Notes: generated from the letters alone by a model not told the origin. 64,000 nt of DNA from an uncultured Emergencia sp. (GCA_937997955.1 CALLDR010000202.1:2413-66412); one strand, 5' to 3'; positions 27,661-37,147 are shown, counted from the stretch's first letter. Program-made: numbers and translations.

Positions 27661-29439
27661 TTATTTCTCCTCCTTTACGATGGCATCTACAGGGCAAACC
27701 TGTGCACAAACATCGCAGCCTACGCAGTCCGCTCTGTTGATATGTACTTTCTTCGTTTCTTTGTCAAAGATCAGCGCCGGACATCCGGTCTTCTGGCATG
27801 CCTTGCAGCCGATGCACTTGTCCGTGTCTACCACATCTTTGGTCTGGAACAGGCCTGGGAACTCTTCCAGGTCAGCCGGTGAGAACTTCTTCAGGACGCA
27901 CGGCCATCTGGTGATGATGACGGACGGTTCGTCCAGATCCCAGAATTCATCAAAGGCTGCGTCGACGGCCTTCAGGTCGTTCGGGTTGATGGTCTTCACG
28001 TGCTTGATACCCATGGCTTTGACCAGCGCTTCGATATCAACCATGTTGGCCTCTTCCCCTTTGACCGTGTAACCGGTTCCCGGATTCTGCTGATGGCCGG
28101 TCATGCCCGTGATACGGTTGTCCAGGATCACGTTAATGGTGTTGCTGTTGTTGTAAACCGTGTTCATCAGGGAGTTGACGCCGGTGTGGAAGAAGGTGGA
28201 GTCACCCAGCACGGTAACGACCTTTTTCTTGATGCCCTCTCTGTTGAAGGTCTGCTGCGCGCCGTGTCCCATGGAGATGGAAGCGCCCATGCAGATAGCG
28301 GCGTCCATGGCGTTGTAAGGAGCCCCGTATGCCAGGGTGTAGCATCCGATATCGCCGGTGATCATCACGTCTTTTCTCTTGCCCAGTCTGTAGAACAGGC
28401 CTCTGTGCGGACATCCCGCGCACAGGCTTGGCGGACGCTTGATGACTTTCTCCTTGGCGTACTCGATTTGCGGCAGCGCTTCGCCGGAAAGAGCCTTTCT
28501 CAGCACGTCCGTAGTCATTTCCCCGTATGGAGGGAAGGTGTCCTTGCCGTGACACGCGAAGCCCAGTCGCTGCACGAATTCTTCAATATATGGATCGTCT
28601 TCCTCGACGATATAGACGGTTTCAACCTTGCTGCAGAAGTCTTTGATCATCTCTGCAGGCAGCGGATATGTAAAGCCCAGCTTCAGATAGGACGCGTCCT
28701 CTCCGAATACTTCCTTCGCGTAATAGAAGGACGGACCGGAGGCGATAACGCCGACCTTCGTGCCGTTCATCTCCGCAAAGTTGAACTTGGACTTCTCGGA
28801 GTACTCAGCCAGCTTCTTGGTTCTCTCCTCCACGTTGACTCTGTTGACTCTGGCGTTGGCCGGCACACAGACGAATCTGGCCAGATCCTTTTCCCACGGT
28901 CTGTTAGGAACTTCCACTCTCTCGCCCACTTCTACCAGGGACTTGGAATGACAGACACGGGTTACCATTCTCATCAGCACCAGCGCGCCGAAGGTTTCAG
29001 AAACCTCGTAGGCTTCCTTCATCATGTCCAGACATTCCTGAGAATCCGCCGGCTCGAACATCGGCATCTTGGCCATTTTGGCAAAGTTTCTGTTGTCCTG
29101 CTCGTTCTGGGAGGAGAACATGCCCGGCTCGTCCGCGGTTACCAGAACAGATCCTCCGTTAACTCTCATGGTAGCGAAGGTCATCATAGGGTCCGCCGCC
29201 ACGTTGACGCCTACATGCTTCATGGAAGCCATGCTTCTTGCCCCTGCCATGGACGCCCCTGCCGCGGATTCCATAGCTACTTTTTCATTCGGCGCCCATT
29301 CGGCGTAGATCTCTTTATATTTTGCTACGTTTTCCAGAATTTCGGTACTCGGTGTGCCCGGGTATGCAGATGCGTGCGTAACGCCTGCTTCGTACGCGCC
29401 TCTTGCGATGGCTTCATCGCCTGTCAGTAATCTCTTCAT
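27661..29439 (-). CDS. iorA: Indolepyruvate:ferredoxin oxidoreductase subunit alpha
   Basis: TPP-binding domains plus a C-terminal 2x[4Fe-4S] motif (CIGCKACQKTGCP, CVGCDVCAQVCP). The start is set at ATG 29439, which follows AGGAGG. The ORF-track start is a TTG without SD. Confidence 0.9.
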   Translation of the reverse strand: MKRLLTGDEAIARGAYEAGVTHASAYPGTPSTEILENVAKYKEIYAEWAPNEKVAMESAAGASMAGARSMASMKHVGVNVAADPMMTFATMRVNGGSVLVTADEPGMFSSQNEQDNRNFAKMAKMPMFEPADSQECLDMMKEAYEVSETFGALVLMRMVTRVCHSKSLVEVGERVEVPNRPWEKDLARFVCVPANARVNRVNVEERTKKLAEYSEKSKFNFAEMNGTKVGVIASGPSFYYAKEVFGEDASYLKLGFTYPLPAEMIKDFCSKVETVYIVEEDDPYIEEFVQRLGFACHGKDTFPPYGEMTTDVLRKALSGEALPQIEYAKEKVIKRPPSLCAGCPHRGLFYRLGKRKDVMITGDIGCYTLAYGAPYNAMDAAICMGASISMGHGAQQTFNREGIKKKVVTVLGDSTFFHTGVNSLMNTVYNNSNTINVILDNRITGMTGHQQNPGTGYTVKGEEANMVDIEALVKAMGIKHVKTINPNDLKAVDAAFDEFWDLDEPSVIITRWPCVLKKFSPADLEEFPGLFQTKDVVDTDKCIGCKACQKTGCPALIFDKETKKVHINRADCVGCDVCAQVCPVDAIVKEEK

Positions 29440-29848
29440 AAGACTTTTTCCTCCTTTTTTATCTGCCAAGCTGCTGCAGCCGGGTCATCAAAAGGTCTGC
29501 AGCGGCACTATCGATTCAAGTTGGCAGCCATATCGGCTTTTTTCTCTTGATGGCTTTATTTTAATCCAAGAAAAAAAAATGTCAATTCGTTTTGCTAAAT
29601 TTTATTCAAAAAACACTAAAAAATTCAAAAATATGTTTTTAAACACAAATTTTATTAATTTTTTATGTTAATTTTAACAAAATATTTTTCTGTGCACAAT
29701 GCCCGCGCCGCCTCTGAATATTCTCAGTATTTTCAACATTTCTAAGAGATTTTTACCAGCTTTTTCTGCCGTTTTAAAATATTTTCCGAAAAATGCTTCG
29801 TGTTTTAGATATTTTTCATTATTTTCAGTTTATTTTTGAATCTAATAC

Positions 29849-29878
29849 TTGACAAGGCGGCCCTTTCTGTCATAAAAT
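29849..29878 (+). promoter_or_regulatory. Putative sigma-70 promoter of the GntR gene
   Basis: TTGACA-18 nt-TAAAAT. A 7-bp inverted repeat CTTTCTG/CAGAAAG (29863-29895) overlaps the -10 region and could be an operator. Confidence 0.5.
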
Positions 29879-29906
29879 ATTGTATAATCAGAAAGCGAGG
29901 TGGCCC

Positions 29907-30563
29907 ATGAAGCAAGATCTCAGAAAAGCTCCCATCCGTGAGCAGATATACGGTATTATCAAAGGCAACATCCTGAACCGCAGATATGATTTTGGCAGCC
30001 GTCTGTCCATCACCGCGATCTCAAAGGAGCTCAATGTCAGCAATACACCTGTCCGCGAAGCCCTTTCCATGCTGGAGCGTGACGGACTCATCGAAATCTA
30101 CCCAAACGCTGGACCATTCGTCATTTCCTTTTCAAAGAAACGGCTCGAGGCCGTAGCGCAGGCCATTCTCAGCATGCTGCTGGGCGCGTTGGAGCTCTGT
30201 CAATACACCAACCGGATCGAAAAACTGATCCCCATGCTGCAGAACGCTTTAAAAGAGCAGATCCTCCATCAGGACGCCGACAGCGAGCAGGAATACGCCC
30301 GCTGCTCCATCGCCTTCGAGAGCGCTTTTATCCAGTGCTGCGACAACGCCTATCTGTCAAAGCAGTACAGCGAGATCGAGGATCTCTTCTATCTGACGGT
30401 CATGTACGATCAGCTGTACATCGATACCGTCCGCAAACGGGCCGTCATGGAGCATCAACAGATCCTGAGCGCTATCATGACCGGAGATTTCGACATGGCA
30501 AAACGCCTGCTGAAGGCGCACTACGACCGTTTCGGCCAGGAACGTCAGGAAGCCGACGCATAA
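29907..30563 (+). CDS. GntR-family transcriptional regulator (FadR/FCD subfamily)
   Basis: N-terminal wHTH (ITAISKELNVSNTPVREALSMLERDGLI) plus a helical FCD-like C-terminal domain. The start is ATG 29907, which follows GAGGTG. Confidence 0.88.
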   Translation: MKQDLRKAPIREQIYGIIKGNILNRRYDFGSRLSITAISKELNVSNTPVREALSMLERDGLIEIYPNAGPFVISFSKKRLEAVAQAILSMLLGALELCQYTNRIEKLIPMLQNALKEQILHQDADSEQEYARCSIAFESAFIQCCDNAYLSKQYSEIEDLFYLTVMYDQLYIDTVRKRAVMEHQQILSAIMTGDFDMAKRLLKAHYDRFGQERQEADA

Positions 30564-30776
30564 CCGTTTATCAAAGGGTGTCCGCCCCGCTGTCACACGC
30601 CGTCAGGCTGTGCGGCGTGAAGGACGCTCTTTTTTCATGCGCCTGGCAGCCTTATCCCATTCGTCCAGCCATCTCGGAAGTTTGGCATTTCGTTTGGCAT
30701 CTGAGAAGAAATCCTCAATTTTGCCAAACCGGGCCGCCGTTCACCTCCGCCGGTCAACGCCAAGCTCCGCCTCCGG

Positions 30777-31898
30777 TCAACGTTCACCACCGTTCGCATC
30801 GTTCCATTTCCGCCTGCGCAGGCGGTACCGCGCAAGGCAGGCCAGCAAGACCATGCCCAGATAGCCGGTATAGGGATAGATGGCCCCTACCAGCCGGTCG
30901 AAAGGCAGCTGTCCCAGTATCAGCGAATCCAGGCTGATGAGCAGCGCCAAGATCAAAGCGCCTTTTCCCGGCTTTGCCAGGCTGTCGCAGATGGTCCAAA
31001 GCATGGGAGCGGCTGTAGAGAAGATGCCCAGAAGCATGACACCCACAAAGATCACGGCCACAGCCGGCGAAACGGCCTTGGCCAGCTCTAAGGCGGGCAC
31101 GACGCTGCCTGCCGCGTCCTCCAGATGCAGCCCCAGCGCAAGATCCATGAAGATCACCGTCACCATGAGCATAACGCCTCCCAGAATACCTCCCGCTCTG
31201 GCCTCTCTGGCCGACGAGGCGTCCCGTCCCAGGGCCATGAGAAAGGCGACGGAGCTGACGATGTTGTAGGCCACATAGAGGATTCCGCTCATCCACCACT
31301 GCCCAGCGGGCCTCATGTCTCTAAGACCGGCAACCCCCGCATCGTCGAAAAAGCCCTGACTGACACCCTTTGATGAAAAGATGGAGCAGAGAGCGACGAA
31401 AATCGTAAAACCTATGATCAGGGGTCCCATGGCGCCTACCAGGTCGATGAGCCGGGACAGGCCGAAAGCGAAGGCGAGGAAGACCAGCAGGGCCATGAGC
31501 AGGCCCCCGATGTAATACGGCACGCCGAAGTAGGCCTGGATGGACGCCCCCGCTCCGGAGACCATGACGGCCAGCACGGCGAAGAGGTAGCAGATGACGA
31601 AGTACTCAAAGAAAGTCCCGACGACGCGCCCGCACAGCCTTTGATAGGGTTTCTCCACGGCGCTTCCGGAAGAAAGCCCGCCCTGCCGCCAGCCTGCCTC
31701 CATGAGGGTGGAGCCGACCCACGCGAACAGGGCCATGCTGATCAGGGCCGCGCCGATGCTGTAGATTCCGTACGATGTGTAAAACTGCAGGATCTCCTGT
31801 CCCGTGGCGAAACCGGAGCCGATCTCAAAGGCGATGTAGGCTCCGGCGTATTTGATGACCCTGATCGGGCTGACTGTCTCTTTCTGTTTCACGTTCAT
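30777..31898 (-). CDS. YkvI-family membrane protein (APC-superfamily-like putative amino-acid permease)
   Basis: AYIAFEIGSGFATGQEILQFY is typical of the YkvI family. About 11 TM segments. Confidence 0.75.
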   Translation of the reverse strand: MNVKQKETVSPIRVIKYAGAYIAFEIGSGFATGQEILQFYTSYGIYSIGAALISMALFAWVGSTLMEAGWRQGGLSSGSAVEKPYQRLCGRVVGTFFEYFVICYLFAVLAVMVSGAGASIQAYFGVPYYIGGLLMALLVFLAFAFGLSRLIDLVGAMGPLIIGFTIFVALCSIFSSKGVSQGFFDDAGVAGLRDMRPAGQWWMSGILYVAYNIVSSVAFLMALGRDASSAREARAGGILGGVMLMVTVIFMDLALGLHLEDAAGSVVPALELAKAVSPAVAVIFVGVMLLGIFSTAAPMLWTICDSLAKPGKGALILALLISLDSLILGQLPFDRLVGAIYPYTGYLGMVLLACLARYRLRRRKWNDANGGER

Positions 31899-32014
31899 GC
31901 TGCACGCACCCCCCTGTCTTGATCCTAGCCATCTTGGTCCTAGCTTCCTAGCTGTCCCGGTCCTATCTGTCTTGGCCCTGGCTGTCCTGGTCCTATCCTA
32001 TGCCGGCGCGCCGG

Positions 32015-32044
32015 AAAAAATGACCCCGGAACAACCGTCCGGGG
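32015..32044 (-). terminator. Terminator-like hairpin between IS200 and the YkvI-like gene
   Basis: The minus strand reads CCCCGGA-cggttgt-TCCGGGG followed by TCATTTTTT. Confidence 0.65.
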
Positions 32045-32195
32045 CCATATTTGCTATATTTGCTATGTTTGTCAGTTCTGCCATGCCTGCCAGCCTTGCC
32101 ATGTCTGTCATGCGCACGTGATTTAAAGCATAAAGCTCCGCACGCCGATCTTTGTCGGTTTTCAGGGCTGCAGCGGGACAGCGGCGGGCAAAAAA

Positions 32196-32890
32196 CCAGC
32201 CACGCGTCAAACGCGTGGTTTTCAATTGACGGGCATAGCCCTCTATTCCTCGCGGACACGTCAAACGTGTAAAAAGAAATCTGCCAGCTGCGGGTGCTAT
32301 AACTTACTTTCTCTTTTGCTTAAACGGACCGACTTCGCTCATCGTCAGCTGCTTTCACAGCTGGTCTTCTTCAAGCTGTTTCTTTATGTACTCCGCAATT
32401 CTGGCTTCATTTTTTCCTACGGTATCAACATAATACCCCCTTGCACCAAAACTCACGGTTCCTGTATTTATACTTCAGCCCGCCGAATTGCTCGTACAGC
32501 ATTGTGCTGCTCTTCCCCTTGAGATATCCCATGAACTTGGAAACTGCATATTTAGGCGGTATTTCTACCAACATGTGGATATGATCAGGGCACACTTCCG
32601 CGGCAACGATATGCACGCCTTTCCATTCGCAAAGCTGTCTTAAAATCTGGCCAATTGCTTTCTTATGCTCCCCATAAAATGCTTTCCTTCTGTACTTTGG
32701 GGCGAAAACAATGTGATACTTGCAATTCCACTTGGAATGCGATAAACTGTTAATGTCATTCATGCTCATGAATGTCCTCCTTCTCTTTTTTTGATTGCAG
32801 CTGGCAGACCGCATTCCAAGTATAGCAGAAGGAGTTTTTCTGTTCAACGGTGAAACCTTTTTGGAACCACGCGTCAAACGCGTGGTTTTA
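32196..32890 (-). mobile_element. IS200/IS605-family insertion sequence (IS200/IS1541-like), decayed
   Basis: A Y1-transposase gene is flanked by two identical hairpins CCACGCGT-caa-ACGCGTGG (32200-32218 and 32867-32885). A related hairpin ACACGT-caa-ACGTGT lies at 32256-32270. The overall size is about 0.7 kb. Confidence 0.85.
32304..32769 (-). pseudogene. tnpA: IS200-type Y1 transposase TnpA, inactivated (+1 frameshift and in-frame TGA)
   Basis: MSMNDINSLSHSKWNCKYHIVFAPKYRR...HIHMLVEIPPK...YRNREFWCKG matches IS1541-like TnpA. The frame is lost at a G5 run (plus C5 at 32436-32440). With one G removed it continues YYVDTVGKNEARIAEYIKKQLEEDQL, then TGA, then KQLTMSEVGPFKQKRK. Confidence 0.85.
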
Positions 32891-32896
32891 CTTATA

Positions 32897-32928
32897 CAAG
32901 AAAACCTGCCGGCATTTCTGTCGACAGG
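32897..32928 (-). terminator. Putative terminator of hydABC operon 1
   Basis: The minus strand reads CCTGTCG-10 nt-CGGCAGG followed by TTTTCTTG, about 25 nt after the hydA stop. Confidence 0.6.
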
Positions 32929-32953
32929 CTCTCCCAAAATATATGTCACTATA

Positions 32954-34711
32954 TTATCTTGCTTTATAGTGGGTATGCAGCAGGTGATGTGCCTTTTCGC
33001 TGCCCGGCTCGCCAAGGTATGTCTTGTACAGCTCCTTGATGACCGGATTCTTGTGAGACTTTCTGATGAAATTCTCATGGTCGCTCTTGTAGAGGGCTTT
33101 GGCTCTCTCGTTGCCCAGGTTCATCCAGTTGCGCACGGATGACGGCTGCTGCGGCTGTCCTCCGCCGTTGACGCAGCCTCCCGGGCAGGCCATGATTTCC
33201 ACGAAATCAAAGTGCTCGCCGCCTTTGATGCGCTCCATCAGCGCTCTGGCGTTTCCAAGACCGTGGGCCGCGGCCGCTTTGACGGTCACATCTCCGATCT
33301 TGATCTCGGCTTCCTTGATGCCCTGCTCCTGTCCGCGAACCTGCATATAGTCGATGGAATCGGAGCTCTCTCCGGTGACGATATCCGCCACGGTACGCAG
33401 AGCCGCTTCCATAACGCCGCCGGTGGCACCGAAGATGGTAGCAGCGCCGGTGGAGATGCCCAGCGGATGATCAAAGTCGCTGTCAGGCAGCGCCGGGAAG
33501 TCGATACCGAAGGCCTGAATCGCCTTTGCCAGCTCTCTGGTCGTCAGCACCAGATCCACATCTTGATAGCCAGTAGCCGCCAGTTCCTCTCTCTGCGCCT
33601 CGAACTTCTTCGCCGTGCAAGGCATGACGGAGATCACGATGATGTCCGCAGGGTCCAGCCCTTCCTTCTCAGCGTAATAGGTCTTGATCATGGCGCCCAG
33701 CATTTCGTGCGGTGATTTGCAGGACGAAAGGTTATCCAGCATATCCGGGAAGAAGTGCTCGCAGAACTTGATCCAGCCCGGTGAGCAGGACGTGATCAAA
33801 GGCAGATTCTCGCCGGTCTTCAGGCGGTGCAGAAGCTCGGTTCCCTCTTCCATGATGGTCAGGTCCGCGCCGGTATCGGTGTCAAAGACCTTGGCAAAGC
33901 CGATCATGCGCAGGGCTGTTACCATCTTTCCGGTTACGTCGGTGCCGAACGGCATGCCGAACTCTTCTCCCAGAGCCGCTCTGACCGCAGGGGCGGTCTG
34001 GACGACGATGTGCTTTCCAGGCAGCTTCATCAGAGCCCAAAGCTCGTCGAGGCTGGAGTGTTCCTGCAGGGCGCCGGTCGGACAGACGTTGATGCACTGG
34101 CCGCAGTTGACGCACTTTGATTCGTCGATCGGACGGTTAAAGGTGGTGCCTACCACGGTGCTGAAGCCTCTGTTGATGACGTCGATGGCTCCTACTGTCT
34201 GCACGTTATGGCAGACGCTGATACATCTTCTGCACAAAATACATCTGTTCGGGTCTCTCATGATGGAGATGCCGTTGTCTATTGCCATGACCTGGTTGGC
34301 TGTAACCACTTCCTGGTTCTTGGCGTAGTTGGCGAACTCGGTGTCCATGGTGTTGGCCAGGGTCTTCAGCTCGCAGCCTGTGGAACCTCTGTTGCAGCTC
34401 TGACACATGGCCGGATGGTTGGACAGTATCAGCTCCAGGTTCTTCTTTCTAAAGTTGAGGATGTCAGGGGTGTGGGTTTTGACCACCATGCCCTCGGCAA
34501 CCTTCTGCACACAGGAGGCCTGCCAGTTCTTCGCGCCTTCCACTTCTACCAGACACATACGGCAGCAGCCGATCTCGCAGACGTCCTTCAGGAAGCAAAG
34601 GGTCGGAATCTTGATGTTGACTTCTTTTGCTGCCTGTAATATGGTGTAATCCTCTGGCACGTTAACGTCCATGCCATCTATGGTTAACTGTACTCTTTTC
34701 TTATTCTTCAT
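32954..34711 (-). CDS. hydA: [FeFe]-hydrogenase catalytic subunit (HydA, trimeric NuoE/NuoF-associated type) with variant H-cluster motif
   Basis: N-terminal 2Fe-2S, His-ligated and 2x[4Fe-4S] domains, then an H-domain with MPCTAKKFE and EIMACPGGCVNGGGQP. Motif 1 reads TSCSPGW rather than TSCCPxW. Confidence 0.9.
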   Translation of the reverse strand: MKNKKRVQLTIDGMDVNVPEDYTILQAAKEVNIKIPTLCFLKDVCEIGCCRMCLVEVEGAKNWQASCVQKVAEGMVVKTHTPDILNFRKKNLELILSNHPAMCQSCNRGSTGCELKTLANTMDTEFANYAKNQEVVTANQVMAIDNGISIMRDPNRCILCRRCISVCHNVQTVGAIDVINRGFSTVVGTTFNRPIDESKCVNCGQCINVCPTGALQEHSSLDELWALMKLPGKHIVVQTAPAVRAALGEEFGMPFGTDVTGKMVTALRMIGFAKVFDTDTGADLTIMEEGTELLHRLKTGENLPLITSCSPGWIKFCEHFFPDMLDNLSSCKSPHEMLGAMIKTYYAEKEGLDPADIIVISVMPCTAKKFEAQREELAATGYQDVDLVLTTRELAKAIQAFGIDFPALPDSDFDHPLGISTGAATIFGATGGVMEAALRTVADIVTGESSDSIDYMQVRGQEQGIKEAEIKIGDVTVKAAAAHGLGNARALMERIKGGEHFDFVEIMACPGGCVNGGGQPQQPSSVRNWMNLGNERAKALYKSDHENFIRKSHKNPVIKELYKTYLGEPGSEKAHHLLHTHYKAR

Positions 34712-34729
34712 TACTTGCCCTCCATTCTT

Positions 34730-36565
34730 TTATGCGTTCTTCATGATGGCCTTGAACGGACATTTTTCCATGCAGACGCCGCACTTGAGACATTTTTCGT
34801 TGTCGATGACATAAGGCGTAGTCTTGCTGCCTGAGATACACTGTGCAGGACAGTTTCTCGCGCAAAGTCCGCAGTGCTTGCACAGCTCGTCGTGAACCAC
34901 GAATCTGAGCATGGAAACACAGACGCCGGCAGGACACTTCTTGTCGACAACGTGAGCTTCGTATTCATCTCTGAAGTATTTCATAGTGGAGAGTACCGGG
35001 TTCGGAGCCGTCTGGCCCAAGCCGCAGAGAGCACCCTTCTTGATGTTTTTCGCCAGGTATTCCAGATCGTCCAGATCCTCCAGCGTGCCCTTGCCGTCGG
35101 TGATCTTGGTCAGGATCTCAAGCATTCTCTTGGTTCCGATTCTGCAAGGAGGACATTTGCCGCAGGATTCGTCTACGGTAAATTCCAGATAGAATTTGGC
35201 GATATCCACCATACAGGTATCCTCGTCCATGACGATCATGCCGCCGGAACCCATCATAGACTGCAGCTCCAGCAGGGAGTCGTAATCGATCGGGCTGTCG
35301 AGGAATTCAGCAGGAATACAGCCGCCGGAAGGTCCGCCGGTCTGAACCGCCTTAAACTTCTTGCCCTTCGGGATGCCGCCGCCGATCTCGTAGATGATCT
35401 CGCGAAGCGTGGTTCCCATCGGCACCTCTACCAGGCCTGTATTGTTGATCTTGCCGCCCAGGGCGAAGACCTTTGTTCCGTGGGACTTCTCTGTGCCGAT
35501 GCCGGCAAACCAGTCAGCGCCGTTGATGATGATCTGCGGCACGTTGGACAGGGTTTCCACGTTGTTGATGATCGTCGGTTTCGCGAAGAGACCTTCTACT
35601 GCCGGGAACGGCGGTTTCAGTCTCGGCTCGCCTCTGTTGCCCTCGATGGACGTCAGCAGAGCGGTTTCTTCACCGCAGACAAAAGCGCCCGCACCCAGTC
35701 TGATCTCCAGGTTGAACTTGAAGTGGAGGCCCAGGACGTTGTCGCCCAGCAGGCCGTATTCCTTCGCCTGGTCGATGGCGATCTGCAGTCTCTGCACCGC
35801 GATCGGGTACTCTGCTCTGACGTAGACATAGCCCTGGGACGCGCCGATGGCGTAGCCCGCGATGGCCATAGCCTCGATGACGGAATGAGGGTCGCCTTCC
35901 AGAACGGATCTGTCCATGAACGCGCCCGGGTCGCCTTCGTCGGCGTTACAGACTACGTACTTTTCCTTCTGCTGCTGATCCGCGGCAAACTGCCACTTGA
36001 CGCCGGTCGGGAATCCGCCGCCGCCTCTGCCGCGCAGCCCCGCGTCCTTCATGGTTTTGATCACGTCTTCCGGCTCCATCTCTGTCAAAACCTTTGCCAG
36101 AGCTTCGTATCCGCCGTAAGCGATATATTCGTCGATATTTTCCGGGTCGATCCTGCCGCAGTTACGCAGGGAGATTCTCATCTGCTTGGAGAAAAAGTCC
36201 AGCTCGTTCTCGGAACGCAGACGTTCTACCACTCTGCCGTTTCTGATGTGAGCTTCCCAGATCTCGTTGATATCGTCCGGCGTTACGTTGGTGTACATCA
36301 CGTTTTCCGGATAGACCATCAAGATCGGACCTTCCGCGCACAGGCCGAAGCAGCCGGTCTGTACAATGTGTACACGGTCGTGCAGGCCGTCTCTGTCCAT
36401 CAGCTCGTTGAGCTTTTCTCTGTTTTTGATGGCGCCTGATGAGGTACAGCCTGTACCACAGCATGTCATTATGTAAATTCTGTTGTCGTCATTTCCAATT
36501 CTATTGCCAAAAGATTCCAGGGTAGCCTCTTTGATCTTCTGGATATCACTTATCGTCTTTACCAT
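34730..36565 (-). CDS. hydB: NuoF-like FMN/NAD(H)-binding hydrogenase subunit (HydB)
   Basis: N-terminal thioredoxin-like 2Fe-2S domain, GRGGGGFPTGVKW FMN site, SLBB, [4Fe-4S] motif ESCGKCPPCR, and a C-terminal 2x[4Fe-4S] ferredoxin domain. Confidence 0.92.
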   Translation of the reverse strand: MVKTISDIQKIKEATLESFGNRIGNDDNRIYIMTCCGTGCTSSGAIKNREKLNELMDRDGLHDRVHIVQTGCFGLCAEGPILMVYPENVMYTNVTPDDINEIWEAHIRNGRVVERLRSENELDFFSKQMRISLRNCGRIDPENIDEYIAYGGYEALAKVLTEMEPEDVIKTMKDAGLRGRGGGGFPTGVKWQFAADQQQKEKYVVCNADEGDPGAFMDRSVLEGDPHSVIEAMAIAGYAIGASQGYVYVRAEYPIAVQRLQIAIDQAKEYGLLGDNVLGLHFKFNLEIRLGAGAFVCGEETALLTSIEGNRGEPRLKPPFPAVEGLFAKPTIINNVETLSNVPQIIINGADWFAGIGTEKSHGTKVFALGGKINNTGLVEVPMGTTLREIIYEIGGGIPKGKKFKAVQTGGPSGGCIPAEFLDSPIDYDSLLELQSMMGSGGMIVMDEDTCMVDIAKFYLEFTVDESCGKCPPCRIGTKRMLEILTKITDGKGTLEDLDDLEYLAKNIKKGALCGLGQTAPNPVLSTMKYFRDEYEAHVVDKKCPAGVCVSMLRFVVHDELCKHCGLCARNCPAQCISGSKTTPYVIDNEKCLKCGVCMEKCPFKAIMKNA

Positions 36566-36577
36566 TACAACCTCCCG

Positions 36578-37063
36578 CTATTCCATGAGTTCATACTGGT
36601 TCATGATTTCGTCCACCTGTTCAGGGGTCAGTCTTCCATAAACCTCATCATTGATCGTGACTACCGGCGCCAGTCCGCAGGCTCCGATGCATCTGCAGGA
36701 GTCCAAAGAGAACTTTCCGTCGGACGTACACTCGCCAACCTCGATGGACAGACGTTCCAGGAACTTGCCCAAAATATCGTTGGCTCCTTTTACATAGCAG
36801 GCAGTACCCATACAGACATTGATCTTGTACTTGCCCTTTTTCTTCAGTGAAAACTGGGAATAGAAGGTTACCACCCCGTAGACCTTCGCCATGGAAATTC
36901 CAAGGCCTTCAGCGATTCTTTCCTGTACCTCGTAAGGCAGGTAACCGAAGACCTCCTGCGCCTCGTGAAGTATAGGAATCAGTGCACCTCTTTCTTCCTT
37001 GTGCTTCGCGATGATCTCGTCAAGCTGCGCAAATTTGTCAGCCATTTCTTTGCAGTTACACAT
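36578..37063 (-). CDS. hydC: NuoE-like [2Fe-2S] hydrogenase subunit (HydC)
   Basis: Thioredoxin-like 2Fe-2S motifs (VCMGTACYVKG, CRCIGACGLAP). The start is set at ATG 37063, which follows AAGGAGAG. The ORF-track start is a TTG. Confidence 0.88.
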   Translation of the reverse strand: MCNCKEMADKFAQLDEIIAKHKEERGALIPILHEAQEVFGYLPYEVQERIAEGLGISMAKVYGVVTFYSQFSLKKKGKYKINVCMGTACYVKGANDILGKFLERLSIEVGECTSDGKFSLDSCRCIGACGLAPVVTINDEVYGRLTPEQVDEIMNQYELME

Positions 37064-37118
37064 GTTTCTCTCCTTCAATAAATTTAGAATATAGTGACTT
37101 TTGTTAATAGTTTAACCA

Positions 37119-37147
37119 ATTGTAACACAAAAAGTTTGAAGTATCAA
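37119..37147 (-). promoter_or_regulatory. Putative sigma-70 promoter of hydCBA operon 1
   Basis: The minus strand reads TTGATA-17 nt-(TGt)TACAAT, about 55 nt upstream of the start. Confidence 0.6.

Noticed and set aside
30335-30937. ORFs in the spacer between the GntR gene and the YkvI-like gene, and those overlapping its 3' end (30335..30937, 30610..30864, 30635..30835).
   Set aside because: They lie in repeat-rich or antisense sequence, are Arg/Pro/Ser-rich, have no RBS, and overlap well-supported genes.
32770-33078. N-terminal roughly 100 codons of the ORF 32425..33078 fused to the IS200 transposase.
   Set aside because: This segment overlaps the 3' end of hydA and the IS end hairpin. 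Transposase homology starts at MSMNDIN (ATG 32769), which follows a GGAGGA RBS.
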